Of a stretch of DNA of 64,000 nucleotides, positions 37,764 through 51,623 are shown one piece after another (within the stretch, counting starts at the first letter, position 1; the number at the start of each line of letters is the position of its first letter). The position numbers were made by a program, and so were the translations under genes. The notes under the pieces were generated by a model. That model had not been told where the DNA came from, ran no database searches, and worked only from the letters and a program-made list of their open reading frames with translations. This DNA comes from Octopus sinensis. Lineage: Eukaryota. The stretch covers positions 36,270,001 to 36,334,000 of the forward strand of contig NC_043007.1 in NCBI RefSeq assembly GCF_006345805.1. The letters run 5' to 3'.

Positions 37764-37982
37764 CGAGAGGATACTGAGAAGTTCCTGACTTTGAAGGTAT
37801 CGCAAAAGGTGTGGTTGATGACCAACCTTCCAAGTTCTTTTACAGGGCTTAGAAAAACTGTCCGACCGCTACAATAGGTGTGTGCGTGAATCTGCGAGGG
37901 GAATAGGTTGAATAAAATCATAATTAACTGATCCTCCTCAATTTTCTTTTACCCAAAGCCAGGAACTTTTCAGTACCCCTCG
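37764..37982. mobile_element. Mariner-derived MITE
   Basis: TA-flanked TIRs cgagaggatactgagaagttcctgacttt / aaagccaggaacttttcagtacccctcg. Confidence 0.8.
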
Positions 37983-38249
37983 TACTTTTTTTTTTTTTTG
38001 CTGTAGTTTCAGCTCAGAGCTGCGGCCATGCTGATGCACCGCCGTTTTTTTTTCTTTTTTAGATAACTTTATCTGATTTTGTAAAGGAACAATCTTGTGT
38101 GTTTATTTTAATGGCTTACCAATGTATGCAGTGAGTTTCTTTGCCCTGGATGTTGTTAATACTGCGATACTGGGTATGAAGAATTATGTTGTGCAGGGTA
38201 AAGAAAGAATACTAATACTATCGGCAACCAGAGATACCCAAAAAGTGAC

Positions 38250-39128
38250 CGACATAGGGAGAGGATTCATAGAGAAAAGGAAAAGCAACAGATCAAACGA
38301 ATGGAATAAAATGGAACTACAAGGCCAATTCATGCAACAAACCAAGAATGCTAAAAGTAAGGATTGCTGGCTCTGGTTGACGGACGAGAAATTGAAGCAA
38401 GAGACAGAGGTGCTAATTAAAGCCGCTCAGTTACTAGCCTTAAAAAAAAACTATAACAAAGGCAAAGTTCGACAAAACTCAGTCAGACAACAAATATAGA
38501 ATCTGTAGGAAAGGAAATGAAAGTATCGATCACCTTTTGAGTGAGTGAAGTATACTAGTACCAAAGGAATATAGGCAGAGATATAACTGTGTAGGCAAAA
38601 GCGTGCATCGGGATGTTAGTCGAGTTTGGAGGCTCAAAGCAACAAAAATGTGGTATGAACATGAATCAGAATCTGTTATTGAAAGTAAGATTTCCAAGAT
38701 TGTGTGAGACTTTCCCATAAGGACTGCTCAAATTATTAAAGCAAGAAGACCAGATATGATTATAGATGATAAAATAAACAGTGTATGATCATCGATTTTG
38801 CAAATCCCTATGATAACAGAGTCGACACCAAAGAAATTGAAAACGATTGAGAAATATCAGGATCTAGCCAGAGTGCTAAGGAGTTTGTGGAAGACCAAGA
38901 TGACAATTATTCCCGTAGAAACTGGAGCGCTTGGCACAACACCCAAAATGCTATCTAAAGGTCTGAAAGAGACTGGGATTGAAACTGGCATTGTCGACCT
39001 GCAGAAAAGTACCATCCCCTCTTCTGCAAGAACCCCCACCAAAAAAAAAGATTTTTGAGATTTGAGGAAATTTGTTGTCACCAAGCATCAAGATAAAATA
39101 CCTGAAAACTAAATTAGCATGTACTAAC
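38250..39128 (+). mobile_element. R4/Dong-like LINE 3' relic ending at (TAA)n
   Basis: LQGQF...WLWL...LKQETEVLIKAAQ, decayed CCHC knuckle (ICRKGNESIDHLLSE), RRPDMII, IEKYQDLA...IIPVETGALGT; many stops. Confidence 0.85.
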
Positions 39129-39179
<51 letters not shown>

Positions 39180-39193
39180 TAATAATAATAATA

Positions 39194-39660
39194 ATCACAT
39201 GGACAGTAGACGAACTAAACAGCTTAGACAGAAAGACAAGGAAGTTGCTAACTAGATATGGGTCACTCCACCCAAAAAGTGACACAGACAGACTGTATGT
39301 ACCAAGAAAAAGAGGGAGAAGAGGACTTATTGGATGCGAACACAGCATTAGAGCAGAAGAAAACAACATAGCATGGTATGTAAAAAATGCCACAGAACCG
39401 CTATTATTAGAAGTAGGAAGGTCAGGCTTGTGTAGGATGAAAGATTGCAAAGATAAAGCATTATACAAGAAATTGAAAACGAATGAAACCGAAAATAGGT
39501 GAGTAAAGAAAAGAATGCGTGGCCAATTTCATAGGGATGTTGAAGATAAGACAGACAGAGAAAAAAGATGGCTGTGGATGACTAAAAGTGATCTAAAACC
39601 GGAAACGGAGGCTCTAATCTGTGCTGCCCAAGAGCAAGCACTAAGAACAAACTACATCAA
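39194..39660 (+). mobile_element. Second R4/Dong-like LINE fragment (RT C-terminal region)
   Basis: WTVDELNSLDRKTRKLLT...HPKSDTDRLYVPRKRGRRGLIG...WLWMTKSDLKPETEALICAAQEQALRTNYIK, directly after (TAA)n. Confidence 0.85.
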
Positions 39661-40185
39661 GTGGTTTTAGTTTCAACATATTTGTCAGCACGTGCTTTCT
39701 CGCAGACAAAATAATTCTCATGTTCCACTTGTTACTATGAAAACAGGCATGAATGTCTCTGTTGGTTACGATTGGCTAAAATTACCCAAAATTTTCAAAC
39801 TTTAATTGCTAATAAATTCTTTATCATCACAATGAATATGAAATTAATTCGAACAGAAATTGACGCTGATTGATGCTGGCAGCCAAACAGAAAAGGTCCC
39901 AGCTGAGTACTGGGGTCGATGTAATAGACTTAACCTTCCCCAGAAATTGCTGGCCATGTGCCAAAATTTGAAACCAATGATTATAGGCTGTTATCTATCA
40001 TGTTGTTGTTTGAACCTCAGGTTAGCCTTTACTGAACAGACTTATGATCAAAGGTCATGATCAATTACGCTTCAACCATGACCATCATGTCTATTTTCAG
40101 ACACAGCGCATCAAGTACCTCATTATGTTGTGAAACCCCGTCCTTCTTTTTTTTGACGGTGTGATTCGCGGGAGATTTAGTTGTT

Positions 40186-40425
40186 ACTAACAGTATCACC
40201 TGGCGTTGCTCGGGTTTGTTTCGACCCTTTAGAATTGGAGTTTTTGAAAAGTTAAAAAAAATTTGCATTATGTAGCTTGTTATTCTCTTTAAGTGAACAT
40301 TTTTCTGGTTGAAATACACCGAAAAATGGCGACAAAGCAATAAAAAAATCGTAAAAAATAGGGATTTTCATAGAAACCCCCCCACCTTTTTGATGTAAAT
40401 AACTTTTGGTGTTGACAAATATATT
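40186..40425 (-). mobile_element. Helitron 3' end, related subfamily
   Basis: tactaacagtatcacctggcgttgctcgggtttg matches the 3' terminus of the other copies; the interior differs. Confidence 0.55.
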
Positions 40426-40436
40426 GAAATCTTTCT

Positions 40437-40570
40437 TTGGGTTCTTGCAGAATAGAGGATGGTACTTTTCTGCAGGTCCACAATGCCAGTTTCAATCCCA
40501 GTCTCTTTCAGACTTTTAGATAACATTTTGGGTGTTGTGCCAAGTGCTCCAGTTACTACGGGAATAATTG
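40437..40570 (-). mobile_element. Inverted fragment of the LINE at 38905-39035
   Basis: Reverse-complement match. Confidence 0.8.
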
Positions 40571-41172
40571 AATTATTTCTTCTACGGAAGGAAGAGCAAG
40601 ACTTCTTCTATCATACTCTCAATTTTGGTAAACTTGCATCGCAGGGTCTCGGAGGAGATGGTATTAGTTGAAGGCTACCAAACCTGCCATACACAGACAA
40701 CTTCAGCTTTATATAGAGAGAGATATCTGGCAGCTTGGTATATCGTGGAGGCCCTCTGGTTATTCATTTTCTTTATGGTGGGTGGTATTTACTGGTAAAT
40801 CATTCTTAACTTTCCGTCCTCGTAATACAGCCTCTTTTTCATCCAACAGGTTCTTAACAAATTTGCCGTCTGCTTTCATTTTCTATTCGACGGTGTTGGG
40901 TCATCGGCCGATATAATTGTTCTCCCAGTAACAATTACCTAATTCTTTTAAACTCTTTCCACTCAAGCAGTACTAGCAGTTTGTAATTGGAGATACTATC
41001 ATGAGTCGCAATCCTTGTCTGTCATCATATTTATTTTCCATATCTCTTTCATCTATTGTTCAAGCAATTTCCGGGGAAATATTTGGTATATCCGTATTAA
41101 CCTTTGGCAAATTCTGACATACTTATATATATACATATATGTGTGTGTGTATGTATGTGTGTGTGTGTGTGT

Positions 41173-41228
<56 letters not shown>

Positions 41229-41850
41229 GTGAGACAATATATGTGTTTGTATATGTATATGGAGGAAAGTATGTACGTGTATGAGCGCACGTATCTTTAT
41301 ATATACGTGTGAATATATGTTTGTATTTTTTGTGCATTCTCTCTTCCTTTATACATATATGTCTAAGTGTGTGTATGTGTGTATGTATGTATGTATGTAT
41401 GTATGTATGTATGTATGTATGTATGTATGTATGTATGTATGTATGTATGTACGTACGTATGTATGTAAGTAATGTACACATGAGTAAGCGAAAATATAAG
41501 TTGAAATGATAAACTTTGACTTTCTAAATAAAAGTGACAGTTCGTTGACATTGAAACAAGATGAAAGAAGTTTAAGAATAAACGTTACATCAGTGAACAC
41601 ATTCCTTAACGAAATATTCTTTAATTAATATGCTTAATTGTTTTGTTTTAGTTTTCCATGTTGTTTCTGGTATTATAAAAAATGTTTTGACGTGTACCAA
41701 ACTTCTCACAAACGTCTATATGGGTTACTCTCCATAGTAAATCGAAACAGTGCTTTTTTTGTTGCTTACAAACTGCAACCTCCCAATGGAACGGCGGGAT
41801 TCCACAGAAAATCCCGAAAGACAATGAACTTTAAACCTTTTACTTGTTGG

Positions 41851-42165
41851 AAGCCTTGTGGGTGGATTTGGTAGACGGAAACTGAAAGGCGGAGAGCTGG
41901 CAGAAACGTTAGCACGCCGGGCGAAATGCTTTGTGGTATTTTTCGTCCGCCGCTGCGTTCTGAGTTCAAATTCCGCCGAGGTCGACTTTGCCTTTCATCC
42001 TTTCGGGGTCGATAAATTAAGTGCCAGTTACGCACTGGGATCGATGTAATCGACTTAATCCGTTTGTCTGTCCTTGTTTGTCCCCTCTATGTTTAGCCCC
42101 TTGTGGGCAATAAAGAAATAGGAAACTAAAAGGAGCCTGTCGCGTGTGTGTGTGTGTGTGTGTGT

Positions 42166-42207
<42 letters not shown>

Positions 42208-42410
42208 CGCGTGTGTGTGTCTCTTTGCGTTTGTCCCCAGCCACGGCTTGACAACCGGTGTTGGTGTGTTTACGTCCCCATAACTTAGCGTTCGACAAAA
42301 CAGACTAATAAAATAACTACCAGGCTTTAAAGATATAATAATTTCGATTAATTCGACTGAAAATTCTTCAAGCCGGTATCCCAACATGGCTGCAGTCTAA
42401 TGAAAAGGAA
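41851..42410 (+). mobile_element. SINE family A interrupted by a SINE family B insertion (41886-42120)
   Basis: Duplicated target ggaaact(g/a)aaagg on both sides of the family B copy. Confidence 0.85.
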
Positions 42411-42959
42411 AACGTATTTCATTTCTAAGAAAAATCACGAACCCTCAAAATGCCCCACATCCCGGGGGAAACTTCTTTAATATTTGCCTGGGATTTTGCG
42501 GGGTGGGAAGCATGTATTGTCAGAAATGCATTGCAGAGCTTGCAATAAATTTATTTCGTTGCAATGAATTTATTGCATTTTATTTATTTATTTCTTTTTG
42601 CAATAAATTAATTGCAATTTTCTTTCGTGGCAATTAATAATTGCAATGCTCTCAAGAAAACCCCCTTGTAAAATTTTTACGCATCCAAAAGTGTAATTTT
42701 TTGCAAAAATAATACATTTCTGATGAAAGCTCTACTTTCTCAATTTTGATTGATCTATTTCTTTGCTGTTCGAAAGATGTTTGGATCACCCGCAATTTTC
42801 TAAAAATTCTTACACCGCCTGCCAGAATGACAAAATCGACCACCAATGTGTAATATGACCTAGGATGGAAAAACATGCCTACAACACTCCCCTTAGGGCC
42901 CATACCACCCCAATCAAGACAAAAAACGTATGAATGGAAAAAGCACGGTTTCATACTAT

Positions 42960-43400
42960 CAGCAATTAAAATGCGTATGCATTTAAAAATTTACATGAGG
43001 GGATTGGATGAAACGATACGCGAAACAAGTTCGTTATCCCAAAGATGGTCATTTATTCTTAAAAACAGTTGCATCTCCAAATATACGGGTGATAATTGAT
43101 GTCTTGTATCATCGAAGGCATTCGCTGTTACACTGAAGAACCTTTCAACCAAGTTAGTCGTTGGTAAAATGAATGCTGTATTAATATAACGTGGTTGGCT
43201 AGCACCCATCTCGCTTCGACGCTTTATGAGGACATTGCACGCTAAGTTGTCCGATTCATTGTCCAAAACCGTTTCTTGTTCTGGTGTATTGGGCAGCTTT
43301 AAGGTTACAACAGATTCCTTTTCATATGCAGCCTGCTCAGTGGCACTTTGATTTTGTATTTTTACCTAAGACTTCTCGAACAAAGGAAATTGGACTGCAA
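42960..43400 (-). mobile_element. hAT-like transposase C-terminal relic
   Basis: FILPTTNLVERFFS...RHQLSPVYLEMQLFLRINDHLWD resembles the hAT dimerisation motif (P.TS..ER.FS...R..L.P...E..LFL..N). Confidence 0.7.
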
Positions 43401-43427
43401 TTAATTGCAATCTTCGCAATAAACTAT

Positions 43428-43720
43428 GGTGATGATGATGATGATGACGATGATGATGATGTCGATAATGACGATGATGACGATGATGACGATGACCATG
43501 TTCACGATGATGACGATGACGATGACGACGATCACGATGATGACGATGACGACGATCACGATGATGATGATGATGATGATGACGATGGTCACGATCACAT
43601 GATGGTGATGGTGATGAGAACCATAATGATGATGATGATGACGACAAAAAGGATGATGATGATAACGGCGATGACAATGATGGTGTCGACGACGATGACG
43701 ACGATGATAATGATGATGAT
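43428..43720. repeat. (GAT/GAC)n microsatellite
   Basis: Seen directly. Confidence 0.95.
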
Positions 43721-44119
43721 TAGCCCAACAACCCCGATTGAACAAACCTCTGATTAAAAACATTCCAATCGTGACCAAATAGTATTTTTTTCTTTTCAGT
43801 GCCACTTATTTATACATGACTCAACTTTCCAATGTGTCCTTCCTTCTAAAAAAAAACTGGGATTTGATTTGAGGGTGATTTGGCTGCTATTTCTAACATA
43901 CCGAGCGACCACTTAGAAACTCTCGTATTTTTTGGTTAGTGGCTATTGTTGTTGTTGTTATTGGTGGTGGTGCTGCTGCTGTTGCTAATGTTGTTTTGGC
44001 CGCACTCATCTTTAATGACATTAGAGTTAGTCGCTATTCTGTTGCTAATCTCTTTCATTTACGTAATATGCCGTATGGTATTTCACTAACATTTCAAACT
44101 CGGCACCTCACGCTTTCTC

Positions 44120-44134
44120 CCTCTCTCTCTCTTT

Positions 44135-44188
<54 letters not shown>

Positions 44189-44888
44189 ACACACACGCAC
44201 GCACACACATTTTCTATTCTTCTCTGAAACTATCCGTGTGTGTGTGTGTGTGTGTGTGTGCTGTGTGCTGTGTGTGTGTGCGTGTGGTGTGTGTTGTGTG
44301 TGTGTGTGTGTACGTGTATGTAGGTATATTTGTATGCATGTATGTATACATGGATTCATACATACATTTATACATGTGTGTATGTATGTGTGTGTGTGTA
44401 GATACGTTTGTATGTATATAGACATGTAAAAATACATATATACATACAAAATGCATACATACATACATACATATATACATACATGCATACACACATACAT
44501 ACATACATGCATGCATGCATATATACATACATACATACATACATGCATACACACATACATACATACACACATACATACATACATACATACATGCATGCAT
44601 GCATACATACATACATACATACATAAATACATACATACACACATACATGCATACACACATACATACATACATACATGCATACACACATACATACATACAT
44701 ACATACATACATACATACATACACACACATACATACATACATACACACACACATATATATATCTATGTGTGGGTGTATGTTAAAAGATAAAGTGTAGAGT
44801 TTCTTAAGTTTGTATACCGTTGGAAGAGGAATTTCCGACGATTCCAACAAAATTGTTTACCAACGAAGAATTTCCTGCCTACTCAGAC

Positions 44889-44925
<37 letters not shown>

Positions 44926-45156
44926 ACACACACACGCACGCACACACGTCTGCACATGTGCGCATACCATTGCACATGCACTCACAAACAGAAACCACAT
45001 GCAGTACATCAGTTTTGTTTATGAAAAGCTAGTTATTCATACAACACACACATATACATACACATACATATTTATGCATATATGTATATATGTCTAGGTA
45101 TGTATATGTATACATATATGTATATATGTCTATGTATGTATATGTAAGTATATGTA

Positions 45157-45205
<49 letters not shown>

Positions 45206-45330
45206 TATATTATATATTATATATAAATATATATAATATATATATTTATATATAAATATATATATATTTATATTTAAATATATATATAATATATATATAT
45301 ATATTTATATATAATTACATATATTATATA
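44120..45330. repeat. (CA)n/(TACA)n/(TA)n fields
   Basis: Seen directly. Confidence 0.9.
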
Positions 45331-45808
45331 TATCTCTTATTATAAAAGGCAGATTTTATCTGCCTCCCTTTGGAGTTATACAAATCTACAATATAGGATT
45401 TCTTCAATTACAATTTACCTAGCATTTTTGAGAGTACAATGCATCGCGTATGCCAGGTCCAGTTTTTAAAATTTAAACTCCAATTAAGCAAAATTTACAG
45501 AAACTCACATTCTGGTGTGTGTGTCAAATGCTTTTCTTAGTCTGGTTTACACCACACCACAACGCACACACACAGTGGGCAACCAATAAAGTGAAACTAG
45601 ATGTAATATTTGTTTCTCTCTATCACGCTGATAGATACATGAGTAAAATGTATGGGAAGCTAACACATAAGAGTGAGTGAAATGTTCTTGGAAGAGAGTA
45701 AATAGCCAGCGATAGTGATTTGAGGAAGACTTTACATGAAAACCGTAGTGGCTTGTGTTAGTAATAAAGTAAACATACACTCATACATACATACATACAT
45801 ACATACAT

Positions 45809-45840
<32 letters not shown>

Positions 45841-46498
45841 CACACACACATACATACATACACACACACATACATACATACACCACACATACATACATAC
45901 AATATACATACATACATTATACATACATACATACACACACACATACACACACACAGTATTGAAGCTTGAGAACAATCAGATACATTTGCAACACATCTGT
46001 TGAAAATTATTGTTCACACACATACATATACATATTACTACAGACAGAACAGACAGATAGACACACACACACACACCATGATCCATACATATACATATAA
46101 CATACAGACGACAGACAGATAGACACACACACACACCACGATCCAGCATGGCCACAACCTCAAGGCTGAAACATATAAAAGAATAACAGAATATAAATGT
46201 GTGCATGTGTGTGAGAGAGAGAGTGTGTGTATATGTATGTATGTATGTATGTAGTGTATGTATGTATGTATGTATGTATGTATGTATGTATGTATGTATG
46301 TATGCATGTATGTATATATATATAATAATGCGGTTTTTTCAACAGCTTGAACTAAATGTCAGAGGGGAATGGGATAAACTACTTATATTAACTTGCTATA
46401 AAAGCAGGTAGTAATTTTATCTTGTCCTTATTCATAGTGCAAGTTTTGAAGAGTGCATTTCGATTTTAACAGCTATTTTTTTCAAAGCTATATTGGAA

Positions 46499-46760
46499 CA
46501 GCCTAGAAGACGAGCCTCATCCTGAAAGATCTGTAGAACTCGACAAGGACATCCTGAAAACCCTGGTGGAACAATCTCATCGTAACTGTTGAGGAACTAG
46601 CAGAGAAGCTTGGATTTGGTCATTCAACCATTCATTGAGACCTGTGTGCTATCGGAAAAGTCAGCAAATTGGGTCAATGGGTTCCTCACGAACTTTCCGA
46701 GTCTAATTGCATGCAGAGAGTGAATGTATGCTTTTCTTTGCTGTCACATCTCACCACTAC
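46499..46760 (+). mobile_element. Mariner transposase fragment
   Basis: SLEDEPHPERSVELDKDILK...VEELAEKLGFGHSTIH...GKVSKLGQWVPHELS. Confidence 0.85.
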
Positions 46761-46773
46761 TGCGCTATGTATA

Positions 46774-47407
46774 TCTATATATATAAAACTGTAGTTGTGT
46801 GAGTGTCTGTCCCCTTCGATTTAGATTCCTAACTACTCCCACATTTTGCGGTGCAGTTTAACCAAATTCGGGTAGCTTATAGTCGTGATTCATATCGAGC
46901 CCGTCTGAGTATTAGCGCGCGTCTACGATGAGTCTACGATTTTTAAAAAATTTAACATAATTTTTTATTCCATTTTAATGCATAATTTTTTCGTGTGTCG
47001 ATGGCGGCGGAGTTGGCGTCCACGCTCACACCTGCACCTCTGGGGAAGGGAGTGTAAGGAAATCAACGTCGTAATGCGTTGTCAAGGAGACCAGCGTTCT
47101 TTTAGAACAACGACTTCATGGCTTGAAGACACCAAAACAGAAATGGCTAAGAAAGCGTCTACATGATGTCTACGATTAAAAAAAATTTACCATCGTTTTT
47201 TTTCCAGTTTAATGCATTTTTTTCGCTATTATATAAGGAAGTAACTCTCTAAAAATGTCTACGATGAGTCAACGATTTAAAAAAATTTACCATCATATTT
47301 TTTCCATTTTTAATGCATTTTTTGCTATTTTTTGGCTATAAATCTCTAAAAATGCTTATATAGATATTTCCCTTACAAACCCGAGCAACGCCGGGCGATA
47401 CTGCTAG
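46774..47407 (+). mobile_element. Non-autonomous Helitron (long form)
   Basis: TC...hairpin-CTAG; about 230 bp more internal sequence than the 14014 copy. Confidence 0.85.
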
Positions 47408-48243
47408 TATATATATATATATAAAGATATATTTATATAAAATACATATATATATATATACATATATATATATAAAATAAATACATATATAAATATATGT
47501 GAGTGAGTGTGTGTGTGAGCATGCGAGTGTGTGTGTGTGTACGTGTGAGTAGGTATATTTGTATGCATGTATGTATACATGCATTCATACATACATTCAT
47601 ACATGTGTATGTATGAATGTATGTATGTATGTATGAATGTATGTATGTATGTATGAATGTATGTATGTATGCATGCATGCATGTATGTATGCATTTTTTA
47701 TGTATTTATGTATTTTTACATGTCTATATACATACAAACGTATGTATATTTATATCTCTTATTATAAAAAGCAGATTTTATCTGCCTCCCTTTGGGAGTT
47801 ATAGAAATCTACAATATAGGATTTCTTCAATTACAATTTACCTAGCATTTTTAACAGTACAATGCATCGCGTCATGCCAGGTCCAGTTTTTAAAATTTAA
47901 ACTCCAGTTAAGCAAAATTTACAGAAAACTCACATTCTGGTGTGTGTGTCAATGCTTTTCTTAGTCTGGTTTACACACCGCAAACGCACACACACAGTGT
48001 GCAACGAATAAAATGAAAGTAAATAGCGACAGAGTGATTTGAGGAAGACTAAACTGAAAGTATTCTGTCTATGACGCTGATAGATACATGAGTAAATGTA
48101 TGGGAAGCTAAGAGCTAAGAGTGAGTGAAAATGTTCTTGGAAGAGAGTAAATAGCGAGAGAGAGAGTGATTTGAGGAAGACTTTACATTAAAAACCGTAG
48201 TGGCTTGTGTTAGTAATAAAGTAACATACACTCATACATACAT

Positions 48244-48282
<39 letters not shown>

Positions 48283-48589
48283 CATACATACACACACATA
48301 CATACATACACACATACATACATACATACATATACATACATACATACATATACATACCATACACACACACACACACATACACACACACACAGTATTGAAG
48401 CTTGAGAACAATCAGATACATTTGCAACACATCTGTTGAAATATTATTGTTCACACACATACATATACATATATACATACAGACAGACAGACAGATAGAC
48501 ACACACACCACACCACACACACATGATCCAGCATGGCCACAACCTCAAGGCTGAAACATATAAAAGAATAACAGAATATAACGTGTGCA

Positions 48590-48945
48590 AAGTACAAGAA
48601 ATATTAATGCAGTATATGGGGATTGGACAATAAGCGTAAGGCAGTGTCAATGGTGGTTCCAGAAATCCCGAGCCATAAACTACAGCCTAGAAGACGAGCC
48701 TCATCCTGAAAGATCTGTAGAACTCGACAAGACATCCTGAAAACCCTGGAGGAACAAAATCTCATCGTAACTGTTGAGGAACTAGCAGAGAAGCTTGGAT
48801 TTGGTCATTCATCCATTCATTGACACCTGTGTGCTATCGGAAAAGTCAGCAAATTGGGTCAATGGGGTCCTCACGAACTTTCCGAGTCTAATTGCATGCA
48901 GAGAGTGAATGTATGCTTTTCTTTGCTGTCATATCTCACCACTAC
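48590..48945 (+). mobile_element. Mariner transposase fragment (longer copy)
   Basis: RNINAVYGDWTISVRQCQWWFQK...SLEDEPHP...QWGPHELS. Confidence 0.85.
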
Positions 48946-48958
48946 TGCGCTATGTATA

Positions 48959-49591
48959 TCTATATATATAAACTGTAGTTGTGTGAGTGTCTGTCCCCTT
49001 CGATTTAGATTCCTAACTACTCCCACATTTTGCGGTGCAGTTTAACCAAATTCGGGTAGCTTATAGTCGTGATTCATATCGAGCCCGTCTGAATATTAGC
49101 GCGCGTCTACGATGAGTCTACGATTTTAAAAACAATTTAACATCATTTTTATTCCATTTTAATGCATAATTTTCGTGTGTCGATGGCGGCGGAGTTGGCG
49201 TCCACGCTCACACCTGCACCTCTGGGGAAGGGAGTGTAGGAAATCAACGTCGTAATGCGTTGTCAAGGAGACCAGCGTTCTTTTAGAACAACGACTTCAT
49301 GGCTTGAAGACACCAAAACAGAAATGGCTAAGAAGCGTCTACATGAGTCTACGATTTAAAAAAAAATTACCATCGTTTTTTTTTTCCATTTTAATGCATT
49401 TTTTCGCTATTATATAAGGGAAGTAACTCTCTAAAAATGTCTACGATGAGTCAACGATTTAAAAAAAAATTTACCATCATATTTTTTCCATTTTTAATGC
49501 ATTTTTTGCTATTTTTTGGCTATAACTCTCTAAAAATGCTTATATAGTTATTTCCCTTACAAACCCGAGCAACGCCGGGCGATACTGCTAG
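48959..49591 (+). mobile_element. Non-autonomous Helitron (long form)
   Basis: Near-identical to 46774-47407. Confidence 0.85.
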
Positions 49592-49661
49592 TATATATAT
49601 AAATGCGCATCCATACACATGCATATATATACACATAGACACACATATATAAATATATACA

Positions 49662-49702
<41 letters not shown>

Positions 49703-49967
49703 ATACATAATAAACCCATATGCATACACATGTATGCACACTTACATACCTACATGCACGTACACATGTATATACATACATGCATATATACACACATATA
49801 CACGCACACACTGACCTACACATAAATATCCTCTCCAGACCACATGCCCGCAACACCTCTGCCCACGCACCCACCACCATCATCATCCTCGCCCAATGTC
49901 CATTTTCCCTGCGGACGCTAAACGACGACGACGATATTGATAATGATGAAAGCATGCACAAATATAT

Positions 49968-50184
49968 CTTTACTCTCTTTTACTCTTTTACTTGCTTCAG
50001 TCACTTGACTGCGGCCATGCTGGAGCACCGCCTTTAATCGAGCGTCTCGACCCCAGGACTTATTCTTTTGTAAGCCCAGTACTTATCCTATCGGTCTCTT
50101 TTGCCGAACCGCTAAGTAACGGGGACATAAACACACCAGCATCGGTTGTCAAGCAATACTAGGGGGACAAACACAGACACACGA

Positions 50185-50215
<31 letters not shown>

Positions 50216-50366
50216 CATATATACGACGGGCTTCTTTCAGTTTCCATCTACCAAATCCACTCACAAGGCATTGGTCGGCCCGAGTTTATAGTAGAAGACA
50301 CTTGCCCAAGGTGCCACGCAGTGGGACTGAACCCGGAACCATGTGGTTGGTAAACAAGCTACTTAC
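49968..50366 (-). mobile_element. SINE family A
   Basis: Reverse-complement match. Confidence 0.85.
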
Positions 50367-50748
50367 AACGATACATATGAGGCAGAGAAAATACACACGC
50401 GTGGGTATATGTGTGTATATACATATTTACACACACACATATATATATATATCCAAACACATGCTTACATACATGTACGCAGACATGTGCATGTATAATA
50501 CCCGTATATTTACATATACCCACAGACTCACACACACACACAAATATATGTGTGTATGTGTATTTTCTATGTGTTTGTTCCCCCATCCCCACTTGACACC
50601 CGGTGTTGGTGAGCTTACGACCCCCGTAACTTAGCTGTTCAGCAAAAGAAACTGATAGAATAAGAACCAGGCTTTAAAAATAAGTCCTGGAGTCGATTTG
50701 TTCGGCTACAACCCTTCAGCGCGATACATACATACATACATACATACA

Positions 50749-50848
<100 letters not shown>

Positions 50849-50854
50849 TGTATG

Positions 50855-50921
<67 letters not shown>

Positions 50922-50974
50922 TATATATATATGTATGTATATATATATTATATATATGTATGTATATATTATAT

Positions 50975-51445
50975 ATGTAATAAACCTTTACATAATAAAT
51001 AACGTGAAATACACGAAGGGACGAACAAAAAGACAAACGGGTCATTCAAAGCCTTCATTCTTCAGTTAGAAACTGATCCCTCATCGCAGATTTAGGCTGT
51101 TTAATTCTGAGATCCGCTCTGAATCAGCCAGCCACAGAAGGAAAGAATGAAACGCAACAGAGACGAACATGAAACGAAAAATCTTTTTTGGGGACAGTAA
51201 CGGTTAAAAACATGGATGACACAGGCCGCCCTACGGCTTTGAGACAAACAGAGAGACACAAAAACAATATCAACAGCGTGGAAAAATAAGTACCTTTTCG
51301 GTGATGAGACACATGTTGAACAAGCGGCCGATTGAGGGATCAGTTTCTGACTGAAGAACGAAGGCTTTGAATGACCCGTTTGTCTCTTATGTTCGTCCCT
51401 TCGTGTATTTCACGTTATTTATATATGTAAAGGTTTATTATATAT
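50975..51445. mobile_element. Element with ~105-bp inverted arms inside (TA)n, related to the 32190 foldback
   Basis: 50978-51083 is the reverse complement of 51333-51440; shares gggtcattc(g/a)aagc..tc(c/t)tcagt with the 32255 arm. Confidence 0.7.
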
Positions 51446-51475
51446 TTCGCAGCGTACGTGCATAATAACTTCTTT

Positions 51476-51575
51476 ATATATATGTATGTATATATGTGTA
51501 TATATATTTATATATTATATATATACATGCATATATATATATGTATAAATATGTATATATATATATATGTATATA

Positions 51576-51623
<48 letters not shown>

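Larger units (their letters stand above)
45331..49595. repeat. Tandem segmental duplication, copies 45331-47410 and 47753-49595
   Basis: Same order and junctions of Helitron-like repeat, microsatellite, mariner fragment and long Helitron in both copies. Confidence 0.85.
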
